The position numbers and the translations under genes were made by a program. A model generated the notes under the pieces. That model had not been told where the DNA came from and did no database searches. It was given only the letters and a program-made list of their open reading frames with translations. From assembly GCA_963695555.1 (NCBI GenBank), contig CAVOGR010000001.1:1056001-1120000 (forward strand): 64,000 nucleotides of DNA, given 5' to 3'. Every line of letters starts with the position of its first letter. Positions within the stretch are counted from its first letter, which is position 1. Below are positions 27,018-37,197 of this stretch, piece by piece. This DNA comes from an uncultured Gemmatimonadales bacterium. Lineage in GTDB: Bacteria; Gemmatimonadota; Gemmatimonadetes; Gemmatimonadales; GWC2-71-9.

Positions 27018-28111
27018 TATTGCTGGTAGCGAGAGAAATCTCCGATTCCACCGATCACCACAATGCCGTCCTCAAGCACAACCGGTGCCATTCGGATGGG
27101 TTGCCACATGACGAGGCGCCAGTCCTCGGTGCCGTTGGCTCCGATGGCTCGTATGACCCCGTCGGCTCCGCCCACCAAGACCCATTGGCGAAACTGAACG
27201 GGCGGGGCGGTAACCGGCGAATGGAGCGCCGCCATGACTCTGGCCCGGGGGCTGGGAGCGGGCCCGAGGTCGATCTCGTACAGGGTCCCGCTGCGGCTGA
27301 CGACGAATGCGGTGTCGCCGTGCACAGCCGGGGGTTCCAGGATCGCGGCATCGAGCGCCACTCGCCAGACAATCGCCAGGTCGCGCGGGCGGAGCCCGAT
27401 GAGTAGCGAGTCTGTGGTGCCGGCAACGAGGAGCTCGCCGGAGCGGCGCCAGCCACCCAGCACGGCCCCCGGCGAGGCGGCGCGGTGCAGCACGTGGCCG
27501 TCACCCGTGGTGAGGCAATAGATCGAATCCGTCGTGGCAAAGACCGTGGTGTCGATCCCGCTCTGGTAGGCCGCCGCGCGCGATGAGCCGAGCCGCCGCT
27601 CCCACACCTTTACTCCGGTCTTGGCGTCGAGACCGACGAGTCGACCGTCGAACGTCGGAACGAGAATGCGACCGTCCGCAAGCGTGATCGGGGCGCTAGG
27701 CTTTCCCGCATCGTGCTCCCACAGAATGTCGCCGTCTGCTGCTCGAAGGGCCACGACGCGACTGTTTGGTCGGTCGGTCACGGCGTAGAGCGTGTCGCCG
27801 GAACGGACGACGCCCCCGAACACCGATCCAGGGAGCCGCTTGCTCCAGCGCGTCTCCCCGGTGGCAAGGTCGATCGCGTACACCCGGCGATCGGCGTCTC
27901 CGACGAACATGATCGAATCCACCATGGCCACTGCACCCGAGGCGCCGCGCCCCGTCTTGGCGTTCCAGCGCTCTGCCAAGGGGATGGTGCCGGCATTCTC
28001 CGGCATGGGCTGGAGCTTCGGGCGGTAATTCAGGCACGCCGCGTTGACGAGGCTCAGGAGCACGGCTAGACTGAAGCCGCCGCCGGACCATCGAACCTTC
28101 AGCGCGAGCAC
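27017..28111 (-). CDS. PQQ-like beta-propeller lipoprotein (BamB-like fold); start uncertain
   Basis: Lipobox-like LVNAAC. Repeated blades YAIDLATGETRW, VALRAADGDILW, VGLDAKTGVKVW, AIGANGTEDW. Confidence 0.85.
   Translation of the reverse strand: MLALKVRWSGGGFSLAVLLSLVNAACLNYRPKLQPMPENAGTIPLAERWNAKTGRGASGAVAMVDSIMFVGDADRRVYAIDLATGETRWSKRLPGSVFGGVVRSGDTLYAVTDRPNSRVVALRAADGDILWEHDAGKPSAPITLADGRILVPTFDGRLVGLDAKTGVKVWERRLGSSRAAAYQSGIDTTVFATTDSIYCLTTGDGHVLHRAASPGAVLGGWRRSGELLVAGTTDSLLIGLRPRDLAIVWRVALDAAILEPPAVHGDTAFVVSRSGTLYEIDLGPAPSPRARVMAALHSPVTAPPVQFRQWVLVGGADGVIRAIGANGTEDWRLVMWQPIRMAPVVLEDGIVVIGGIGDFSRYQQ
28044..28072 (+). promoter_or_regulatory. Putative sigma70 promoter for asnS, inside the antisense propeller gene
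   Basis: TTGACG-17 nt-TAGACT. Confidence 0.55.
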
Positions 28112-28114
28112 GGC

Positions 28115-29410
<1,296 letters not shown>

Positions 29411-29429
29411 GCCCGCCGCGCCCCGCGGC

Positions 29430-30191
29430 TCATGGTTCGTTTTTCGATTCGTCCCAGAGCCGGTCGAGCACCTCCAGCCCCGCCGCATGCACGTTGATGT
29501 GCCGCGTCTCCGCCAGGCGCTCCATCGCGGTGAACCGGCGCCGGAACTTGCGATTGGCCGCATCCAACGCCACCCCGGGGGGCACGCCGGCCTTGCGTGC
29601 CAGATTCACCACCGCAAACAGCAAATCGCCGATCTCTTCGCTCACGCGGTGACCGCGTTCGGCGTCGCCTGACTCGGCAAACTCCGCCTCGCATTCGGCG
29701 AGTTCTTCGCGGACCTTGTCGGCCGGCCCCGCGGTATCGGGCCAATCGAACCCGACGGCGGCGGCGCGTTCTTGGAGGCGTTGGGCCATGAGAAGCGGCG
29801 GCAAGGTAGGTGGCAGCCCGTCCAACAGGCTCCCATCCTGCCCGCGCTCGCGATGTTTGATGACCTCCCAGGACTCCTTCGGCCCACCGTCGAACAGGTG
29901 CGGGTGCCGTCGCTGAATCTTCCGCTCCAACGTCTCGGCGACGTCTGCGGCCGTGAACTCACCGGACTCCTCCGCCAGCACCAATTGGAAAGCGACGTTG
30001 AGCAACACGTCTGCGAGTTCATGCCGGATCTCCTCGGCCGATCCGCGGGCGAGCGCGTCATCGAGCTCGAGCGCCTCTTCGACCAAGTAGGGCCGAAGCG
30101 TCTCGCGCGTTTGGGCCCCGTCCCATGGGCACCGTTCGCGGAGGTCGGCCACCAGGGCCATGGCGCGCCCAAGCGCTGAATTGTCTTGCAT
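29430..30191 (-). CDS. mazG: Nucleoside triphosphate pyrophosphohydrolase MazG
   Basis: CPWDGAQT, EEALEL, ELADVL, RRHPHLF, GFDWP, EEIGDLLFAVVNLAR, KFRRRF. SD AGGAGG upstream. Confidence 0.95.
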   Translation of the reverse strand: MQDNSALGRAMALVADLRERCPWDGAQTRETLRPYLVEEALELDDALARGSAEEIRHELADVLLNVAFQLVLAEESGEFTAADVAETLERKIQRRHPHLFDGGPKESWEVIKHRERGQDGSLLDGLPPTLPPLLMAQRLQERAAAVGFDWPDTAGPADKVREELAECEAEFAESGDAERGHRVSEEIGDLLFAVVNLARKAGVPPGVALDAANRKFRRRFTAMERLAETRHINVHAAGLEVLDRLWDESKNEP

Positions 30192-30214
30192 TTATCCTCC
30201 TTGGCCCATATGAT
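30186..30214 (+). promoter_or_regulatory. Putative sigma70 promoter for the alr operon
   Basis: TTGCAT-17 nt-TATGAT. Confidence 0.6.
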
Positions 30215-30239
30215 ACGCGCCGTCTTGTGAGCCAGTCAA
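30210..30239 (-). promoter_or_regulatory. Putative sigma70 promoter for mazG (its -10 overlaps the alr -10)
   Basis: On the minus strand: TTGACT-18 nt-TATCAT, followed by AAGGAGG and the mazG ATG. Confidence 0.55.
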
Positions 30240-31309
30240 ACCAGCGGCCGGTCGCCCGTGCCTGGGCGGATGTCGATCTCGGCGCGATCGTCGCCAACGC
30301 GAACACCGTGGCCTCCGTTTCCCAGAGCCGCCTCTTGCCGATGGTCAAGGCCAACGGCTATGGGCTGGGTGCGGTCCAGGTCGCCGGGGCGCTCGAGTCG
30401 CTCGACCCCTGGGGATACGGCGTCGCCACGCTGGCCGAGGGGGCCGAACTTCGGTCGGCAGGCATCGATCGGCCTGTCGCCGTGTTCAGTCCGCTCGTGC
30501 CGGAGGACGTCGCTGATGTGCTCCGGCACGATCTCCGCCCCGCGATCGGCGACCTTCCGGCATTAGAGGCGTGGATCGGTGCCACTGACCGGCCATTCCA
30601 CCTCGAGATCGATACCGGCATGGCTCGCGCCGGACTGCGCTGGCACGACGCCGACGCGTTGGCCCACGCGCTCCGGCTGGTGGCATCGGCACCCGGGTGG
30701 GAAGGGGTCTTCACGCACTTCCACTCAGCCGACACCGACGACTCGGCGACGACCACGCAGTGGGAACGGTTTCACAGCGTGCTCCAAAAACTGCCCCGGC
30801 GGCCGGCCTTGATTCACGCGGCCAACAGCGCCGCCGCACTCCGTGGCACCCGCTTTTCGGGCGACCTGGTCCGCCCCGGGATCTTCCTTTATGGCGGAGC
30901 GGTGGGCGGTCACGAGCCGGCGGTGGCGGTTCGATTGCAGGCTCCCGTGGTGTCGCTGCGAACGATCAGGGCTGGCGATACGGTGAGCTACGGCGCGACC
31001 TGGACCGCACCGGCTTCGACTGAGATCGCAACGATTGGGATTGGGTACGCCGATGGCGTGCCCCGCGTGCTGGGCGGTCGGACCGATGTCGAATTGGCCG
31101 GCGCCCGCCGTCCGCTCGTAGGTCGAGTCACCATGGACCTCTCCATGGTTGCGGTCCCGGCCGGCACGGTCCAATGTGGCGATGTGGCGACGGTCTACGG
31201 GGGACTCGTCTCCCTCAGTGAGCAAGCTGAGCGAGCGGGAACCATTTCGTATGAACTGCTGACCGCCCTCGGAGGGCGGGTACCTCGACTCTACCGGCAC
31301 CGATCATGA
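30227..31309 (+). CDS. alr: Alanine racemase
   Basis: GTG 30227. Motifs VKANGYGLG (PLP Lys), HLEIDTGMAR, THFHSAD, ANSAA, VRPGIFLYG, VSYG, GYADG, GRVTMD, TISYEL. Confidence 0.96.
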   Translation: MSQSNQRPVARAWADVDLGAIVANANTVASVSQSRLLPMVKANGYGLGAVQVAGALESLDPWGYGVATLAEGAELRSAGIDRPVAVFSPLVPEDVADVLRHDLRPAIGDLPALEAWIGATDRPFHLEIDTGMARAGLRWHDADALAHALRLVASAPGWEGVFTHFHSADTDDSATTTQWERFHSVLQKLPRRPALIHAANSAAALRGTRFSGDLVRPGIFLYGGAVGGHEPAVAVRLQAPVVSLRTIRAGDTVSYGATWTAPASTEIATIGIGYADGVPRVLGGRTDVELAGARRPLVGRVTMDLSMVAVPAGTVQCGDVATVYGGLVSLSEQAERAGTISYELLTALGGRVPRLYRHRS

Positions 31310-31560
31310 ATCCACACTTTGCATCGTTGGTCTTGGGATTGGCACAACAGGCACAGGCCGCACTCGACGGCCAGCTCCCGCCGGGCGCCGAGCAATTGGG
31401 TGCACCCGACCCCAAAGACGTGGCTCAAGCCCTGATCGATACCCTCGGCATGCTGGAGCAAAAGACCACCGGGCAGCTCGACGCCGAGGAACACGCGCTC
31501 CTCACCCAGACGCTCACGTCCCTCCGGTTCCGCTTCGTTCAGGCTTCTTCCGCACAGTGA
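31306..31560 (+). CDS. DUF1844 family small protein
   Basis: FASLVLGLAQQA...AQALIDTLGMLEQKTTGQLDAEE...LRFRFV. Coupled to both neighbours. Confidence 0.85.
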   Translation: MNPHFASLVLGLAQQAQAALDGQLPPGAEQLGAPDPKDVAQALIDTLGMLEQKTTGQLDAEEHALLTQTLTSLRFRFVQASSAQ

Positions 31561-32726
31561 CGCGACGGGCTGCAATCGTCGTGCTGGACGGACTTGGCAT
31601 CGGACCGGCCCACGACACCGACCAGTACGGTGACTCGGGAAGCCACACCCTGGGCAACGTGGTGCGGTCGGCGTCCGACCTCCGACTGCCGAACCTCGAG
31701 GCGCTGGGCCTGGGACGCACCGCGGACTTGGGGTCGATCCGGTCGGTGAGCACTCCCCAGGCCGCGCACGGGAGCTGCGAGCCGGCGAGCCCGGGCAAGG
31801 ACAGCACCACCGGGCATTGGGAAATCTGTGGGCTCGTGCTACCTGAGCCTTTCCCCACGTTTCCCAAAGGATTTCCCGAGGACCTGCTTCGAGAATTTTC
31901 CCGGCAGACCGGTCGCGGTGTGCTCGCGAACAAGGCAGGCTCGGGCACGGCGCTCCTAAAGGAATTTGGGGCGGCGCACGTGGCGTCCGGCGACTGGATC
32001 GTATACACGTCGGCCGACAGCGTGTTCCAAGTAGCGGCCCATGAAGACGTGGTTCCGCTGGAGGAGTTGTACCGCGCCTGTGCGATCGCGCGGGACATGC
32101 TTCAACCGCCGGTCGGTGTTTCCCGCGTCATCGCACGACCGTTCCATGGCTCGGCGGGGCGGTGGGAGCGCACGCCCGATCGCAGGGATTTCAGCCTGGC
32201 GCCTCCCGGCGTGACGTTGCTCGATCGATTGGCGGCAGCCGGCATTGCCCGGGTGGGCGTGGGGAAGGTGGACGACCTGTTTGCCGGCCGGGCCATCGAG
32301 AGCATCCATACCAAGACCAATCAAGAGGCCTATCGTCTCATTCGCGATGTGCTCCAGACCATGGCCCAGGGCTTCCTCTTCGCCAACGTGATCGAGTTCG
32401 ATCAGACGTGGGGGCATCGCAACGACATCCAGGGATTCGTGGACGGACTCCGCGAGTTGGATGAGGCCATTCCGTCGATCCTCGATGCAACTCGGGCGGA
32501 CGACCTCATTATCTTTACCGCCGACCACGGCAACGACCCCACGACGCCCTCGACCGATCACTCTCGCGAGGTCGTTCCCGTATTGGCCTACGGCCCCAAG
32601 ATTGCGGCGATTGATCTGGGACGGCGGGCTACCTTTGCCGACATGGGTCAGACGGTCGCCGAGTTTCTGGGGGTCGATCCCTTATCTGCCGGCAAGTCGT
32701 TCTTGAGCGAGGTGTGGCGTGGGTGA
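31557..32726 (+). CDS. deoB: Phosphopentomutase
   Basis: IVVLDGLGIG, YGDSGSHT, GKDSTTGHWE, YTSADSVFQVAAHE, RVIARPF, WGHRND, TADHGNDPT, TDHSRE. Confidence 0.96.
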   Translation: MTRRAAIVVLDGLGIGPAHDTDQYGDSGSHTLGNVVRSASDLRLPNLEALGLGRTADLGSIRSVSTPQAAHGSCEPASPGKDSTTGHWEICGLVLPEPFPTFPKGFPEDLLREFSRQTGRGVLANKAGSGTALLKEFGAAHVASGDWIVYTSADSVFQVAAHEDVVPLEELYRACAIARDMLQPPVGVSRVIARPFHGSAGRWERTPDRRDFSLAPPGVTLLDRLAAAGIARVGVGKVDDLFAGRAIESIHTKTNQEAYRLIRDVLQTMAQGFLFANVIEFDQTWGHRNDIQGFVDGLRELDEAIPSILDATRADDLIIFTADHGNDPTTPSTDHSREVVPVLAYGPKIAAIDLGRRATFADMGQTVAEFLGVDPLSAGKSFLSEVWRG

Positions 32727-33117
32727 TGCCTTAGTGGACGGCGCGCGGCGGGCACAAGCCGCCGCGCATGCGCCCTACTCGAAGTTTCCGGTCGGAGCAG
32801 CACTGGAGTCGGTTGACGGCACGGTGTTCTTCGGGTGCAATGTGGAGAACGCGTCCTACGGGCTCACCATATGTGCCGAACGTGCGGCACTGGTGGCAGC
32901 CGTGGTGAGCGGGGCTCATCGATTCCGGCGACTCGCGGTCGCCACATCGGTCGACCCGCCTGCCTCGCCCTGCGGCGCGTGTCGCCAAATGCTCGCGGAA
33001 TTCGGCTTGGATCTCGAGATCGTGGCCGTCGGTCCCACCGAGCGGCGCGAGTGGACGCTCGGAGACCTCCTGCCCGATGCGTTTCTGCCTGATCGTTTAC
33101 CGCGCGGCGACCAATGA
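32719..33117 (+). CDS. cdd: Cytidine deaminase (tetrameric type)
   Basis: APYSKFPVGAA, GCNVENASYG, CAER, PCGACRQ. Confidence 0.96.
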   Translation: MGDALVDGARRAQAAAHAPYSKFPVGAALESVDGTVFFGCNVENASYGLTICAERAALVAAVVSGAHRFRRLAVATSVDPPASPCGACRQMLAEFGLDLEIVAVGPTERREWTLGDLLPDAFLPDRLPRGDQ

Positions 33118-34367
33118 TCGTCGGTCCCACGTCCGTTCGGACCGCCCGCGTTGTTGCGGCGAGCGCGCTACTTAGCCTGGTGGCGCTTGCGTGTCAGGAA
33201 GACCTGACGGCGCCCGGCTCCTGCCCGGCGCTCTGTCCCGGCGGTGCGCCCGAGGTGGTCGATACGGTCTTGACGCCGGTTCCTGGGGGCGACAGCACGT
33301 TCATCGGATATGTCGAGGCAGGTGCGGGATCCGCCCTGCTGGCTTCGGAGCAGCTCGGAGGCGTCGATGCCCGTGCCGTCCTTCGTTTCGCCTCACGAGG
33401 GGATTCGGTGCTGGTGCGCGACACCCTTCGTGCCTTCACCGTCGACTCCGTGCTCATCACGGTTGGCCTCCTGGCCCGTGACAGCACCGTTGCCGGATTG
33501 AGCCTCGTGCTCTATCGCCTGCCGAGCACGGTCGATTCCGCGGTCACCCTGGCGGACGTCAACGCGGCCTTCATCCCCGCCAACCTGGTGGGGACCATTC
33601 CGATTCCGGATTCGATTCAGACGGGAAGCGTCCAATTGCCACTGGCCGACACGTTGCTCGCCCGCGTGGCCATTCCCCCGGGCGACAGCGGCATCCTCGC
33701 GATCGCCATCGGCGTTCAGGGGCCAGCGCAGACCGGAGTCCGGCTGGGCAGCCAGACGGGTGGCTCGCTCGCTCCTGCCTTCACCACATTTGTGACCGCC
33801 GATATTGCCGATACGGCGCTTCAGGCCCAGCGCATCGCCCGGGTCGCCAGCTTCAACACATTCGTGACCAGCGCCGCGGGCTTCCCACCGCCGGATCTGC
33901 TCTCGGTCGGCGGCGCACCGTCCTCCCGGTCGCTCATCCGGTTCGCACTGCCGTCCCGGATCAAGGACTCCGTGCAGATCCTTCGGGCCACGCTCGAGTT
34001 TGTTCCCGAGAGCCCGCTTCCGGGGCTGCCAAATGACCCGGCCACCCTCGAGGTTCGCGGCATTCTGAGCGATATCGGGGCGAAGTCCCCGCTGTGCAAT
34101 CTGTCGAACCTCTGCGGCGGCGCGATCATCACCCGCAGATCGCAAGCGGAGCTCGCGGCCGGCAGCACCGACACGCTGCGCGTGGAAGTCCCCGACATCG
34201 TCCGGGGCTGGCAGGGAGAGGACGGCGCGCCGGAAGCGTTCTTCGTCCTGCTGATACCCGAAGGGGGGAGCTTCACGACCGCGACATTCGGCTCCACGCG
34301 TGCGGGCGTGAACGTGCCCCGGCTCCGTATCACGTACGCCCGCCGGCTCGAATTCGAGGTTCCCTGA
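33114..34367 (+). CDS. Lipoprotein of unknown function (beta-rich, DUF4270-like architecture)
   Basis: Signal ending LVALA-C, then CPALC. Two similar beta-sandwich-like halves (ARAVLRF...VDSVLITV and SRSLIRF...ILRATLEF), C-terminal PRLRITY. Confidence 0.75.
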   Translation: MIVGPTSVRTARVVAASALLSLVALACQEDLTAPGSCPALCPGGAPEVVDTVLTPVPGGDSTFIGYVEAGAGSALLASEQLGGVDARAVLRFASRGDSVLVRDTLRAFTVDSVLITVGLLARDSTVAGLSLVLYRLPSTVDSAVTLADVNAAFIPANLVGTIPIPDSIQTGSVQLPLADTLLARVAIPPGDSGILAIAIGVQGPAQTGVRLGSQTGGSLAPAFTTFVTADIADTALQAQRIARVASFNTFVTSAAGFPPPDLLSVGGAPSSRSLIRFALPSRIKDSVQILRATLEFVPESPLPGLPNDPATLEVRGILSDIGAKSPLCNLSNLCGGAIITRRSQAELAAGSTDTLRVEVPDIVRGWQGEDGAPEAFFVLLIPEGGSFTTATFGSTRAGVNVPRLRITYARRLEFEVP

Positions 34368-34368
34368 T

Positions 34369-35511
34369 ATGCGGCGTCTTCTCCTGGGTACTCTCCTCGG
34401 GGCGCTGGTTCCGTGCATCGTGTCGGCACAGGCGTCGCAGTTCGGCACGCGTGGGCTTGGGCTGCCGGGACGCGGCGCATCGGTGCGGGCGATGGCAATG
34501 GGTGGGGGGTTCTCGCTGTTCGACGCCGAATCGAGCCTGAACCCGGCGGCGCTCACCGCGCTGGAAAACCTGGCGGCGGGGTTCACCGTGCTTCAGGAGT
34601 GGCGATCGCCCAGCAATCCGGTCGGGGACGCGTCGCTCAAAGACAGCCGGTTTCCCCTGGTCCGTGTCGCCGGGCCCATCAAGAGCATCGGCCTGTGGAT
34701 CGGTGGGTCGGCCACGCTCTACACCGACCAGGATTTTCGGATCGCGACCACCGACACCTTGTTGTTGCGGGGAGAGCCCGTTGGGATATGGGACACGACC
34801 ACGTCGCTCGGAGGGCTCAACGACCTCCAGCTCGGGGCGGCGCTCAAGCTCAATGACGTCTGGTCCGTCGGCATGGGCCTCCACGTCATCACCGGTGGCA
34901 CCCGGGTCGAGATCCGCCGTTCGTTCTCGGACTCGAGCTTCGTGTCATTCCGCCAGCGCGCAGAACTGTCGCACACTGGCTGGGGCGTCTCGGCCGGCAT
35001 CCTCGGGCAGCTGACCCCGGGTCTTGCGGTGGCGGCGATGGCGCGGACAGACGCCAAGGCCCACACCGACCGCGACTCCACGTCGCTCGGCACCATCGAC
35101 CTGCCACATCGGTTCGGCGCCGGCATCCGCTGGCAAGCGAGGCCCAAGCTCGCGCTGGCTGGCCACGTGCTCTACCGGACCTGGTCCGCAGCGAACAGCG
35201 ATCTCCTGGCCCGCGGAGGCACCGGGGCCCAGAACACCTGGGAGGTCGCGGTTGGCGGTGAGCTGGTGGGCGATCCGGAGCGTCCGTATCGTCGGCCGAT
35301 TCGCTTCGGCGTGCGCTACGGCCAGCTGCCCTTTCCGCTCGTGACCGGGGAACAGGGCAGGGAGTTCGGCGTGTCGATTGGGACCGGGACCCGGTTTGCG
35401 GCCCTCCGGGCTGGAGTGGACCTGGCGCTCGAACGGGTGTGGCGCAGCGAAGGGCCCGACTTCTCCGAGACGGCCTGGATTCTTACCGCTGGGGTGTCGG
35501 TTACGCCGTAG
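34369..35511 (+). CDS. Outer-membrane beta-barrel protein, FadL/PorV-like
   Basis: Signal peptide, N-terminal RAMAMGG and NPAAL hatch motifs, alternating amphipathic strands, final strand WILTAGVSVTP. Confidence 0.8.
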   Translation: MRRLLLGTLLGALVPCIVSAQASQFGTRGLGLPGRGASVRAMAMGGGFSLFDAESSLNPAALTALENLAAGFTVLQEWRSPSNPVGDASLKDSRFPLVRVAGPIKSIGLWIGGSATLYTDQDFRIATTDTLLLRGEPVGIWDTTTSLGGLNDLQLGAALKLNDVWSVGMGLHVITGGTRVEIRRSFSDSSFVSFRQRAELSHTGWGVSAGILGQLTPGLAVAAMARTDAKAHTDRDSTSLGTIDLPHRFGAGIRWQARPKLALAGHVLYRTWSAANSDLLARGGTGAQNTWEVAVGGELVGDPERPYRRPIRFGVRYGQLPFPLVTGEQGREFGVSIGTGTRFAALRAGVDLALERVWRSEGPDFSETAWILTAGVSVTP

Positions 35512-35592
35512 CATACCGCCACCCGGCCAGGCTTGGCGGGACGGTGCACCTTGGTTTCCGATCCCACCCCGTCGGACTATCTTGATTGACTC

Positions 35593-36903
35593 ATGGCAAC
35601 CTCCGTCTACATCGAAACCTACGGCTGCCAAATGAACGTGGCAGACAGCGAGCTCATGGCCGGCTTGCTGCATGCGCACGGGTATACCATCAGTCCGGTA
35701 CCGGATCAGGCGGATGTCATCCTGGTCAACACGTGCGCGGTCCGCGAGAACGCCGAGCAGCGGGTGGTGGGCCGGCTCGGGGATCTCCAACGCTACACCC
35801 GCCCGGGCAGCGTGCTGGGCGTCGTTGGCTGCATGGCGCAGCGACTCGGCAGCGAACTCACGGAGCGCGTGCCCCGGGTCAACTTGGTGGCCGGCCCGGA
35901 CGCCTACCGCTCCCTTCCCGATCTGTTGCGCTTGGCGGCAGGCGGTGAGCGCACAGTGGATACCGAGCTCCGACCCTGGGAACATTACGAGGACATCCCG
36001 CAGACGCGAACGGCCGGACCCACGGCCTTCGTGACGGTCCAGCGCGGCTGCGATTATCGGTGCACCTTCTGCATCGTTCCGTATACCCGCGGCAACGAGC
36101 GCAGCCGCACATTGGAGTTGATTCTCCGAGAGGTACGTGATCTCGTTGCCGAAGGAAGCAGCGAAGTCACCCTGCTCGGGCAAACCGTCAACGGCTACCA
36201 CGATGGCGTCGCCGACTTCGCCGACCTCCTCCGGGCGGTCGGCGCCGTGGACGGAGTGCGGCGGGTGCGCTTCACCAGCCCATACCCGACTGATTTCACC
36301 GATCGGGTCATCGAGGCCATGGCCACGACGTCCGCCGTGTGTGAGCACGTGCATCTCCCTGCCCAAAGCGGGTCGAATGCAGTGTTGCGGCGTATGCTGC
36401 GCCGGTATACGCGGGAACAGTTTCTGGACGTGATGGCCCGGCTGCGGGCGGCGATTCCCGGCATCACGTTCACCACGGATTTGATCGTGGGCTTTCCCGG
36501 CGAGACCGAAGCGCAGTTCCAGGAGACGCTGAGCCTCGTCGGGGAAGCGCAATTCGATGACGCGTACACGTTCCGATACTCCGAGCGCGAAGGAACCCCG
36601 GCAGTCAAGCTCGGCCACGCGGTGCCCGAGGAGGAGGCCGGTGAGCGATTGCAGCGGCTCATTGGCGTGGTGCGGAAGGTGGCTCGCCGCCGGAACGTCG
36701 CGCGCGTGGGCACCATCACCGAGGTGCTGGTGGAGCGCCCGGCAAAGCGCGGGGGCCAATTGGGACGGACGCGGAGCAACCAGATGGTGCTCCTGGATCT
36801 GCCGGAATCGTCCATCGGCGATTACCACCGGGTCCGCCTCACCGGCACCACCGGTTCCACCTTTACCGCGACGCTCACTACCTCGCAGCTGGCCGTACTA
36901 TGA
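35593..36903 (+). CDS. miaB: tRNA-i6A37 methylthiotransferase MiaB
   Basis: ETYGCQMNVADSE, NTCAVRENAE, GCMAQ, radical SAM motif CDYRCTFC, C-terminal TRAM domain. Confidence 0.97.
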   Translation: MATSVYIETYGCQMNVADSELMAGLLHAHGYTISPVPDQADVILVNTCAVRENAEQRVVGRLGDLQRYTRPGSVLGVVGCMAQRLGSELTERVPRVNLVAGPDAYRSLPDLLRLAAGGERTVDTELRPWEHYEDIPQTRTAGPTAFVTVQRGCDYRCTFCIVPYTRGNERSRTLELILREVRDLVAEGSSEVTLLGQTVNGYHDGVADFADLLRAVGAVDGVRRVRFTSPYPTDFTDRVIEAMATTSAVCEHVHLPAQSGSNAVLRRMLRRYTREQFLDVMARLRAAIPGITFTTDLIVGFPGETEAQFQETLSLVGEAQFDDAYTFRYSEREGTPAVKLGHAVPEEEAGERLQRLIGVVRKVARRRNVARVGTITEVLVERPAKRGGQLGRTRSNQMVLLDLPESSIGDYHRVRLTGTTGSTFTATLTTSQLAVL

Positions 36904-37184
36904 TCCGCAATCTCACCGAAGACCGAGTCACCGAAGCCTACCGCCGTCTGTCGACCCACTTCCCCAGCTTTTGTGGCTGCGACAGCTGCCGCAACGATGT
37001 GCTCATCTTTGCCTTGAACCGGCTGCCGCCCCGCTATGTGGCCTCCGACGAAGGCAAGGCCGTCACCGAGTTCCAACTGGAAAAGGGTCAGAATCGGGCC
37101 GACATCGACCGGACGCTGATCGATGGATTCAAGACGGTGGCCATGGCGCCACGCTGTGGCAAGGTGAAGCCGCAGACGCTCTGA
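36900..37184 (+). CDS. ComFB family (late competence development / cyclic-dinucleotide receptor) protein
   Basis: N-terminal NLTE, CGCDSC..DV..ALNRLPPRYV, C-terminal VAMAPRC. 94 aa. Confidence 0.88.
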   Translation: MIRNLTEDRVTEAYRRLSTHFPSFCGCDSCRNDVLIFALNRLPPRYVASDEGKAVTEFQLEKGQNRADIDRTLIDGFKTVAMAPRCGKVKPQTL

Positions 37185-37197
37185 TCCGAGCGCCGCG

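Noticed and set aside
29430..30191. mazG as part of a toxin-antitoxin or anti-phage system
   Set aside because: It is a two-domain housekeeping-type MazG with no mazEF or defence genes nearby.
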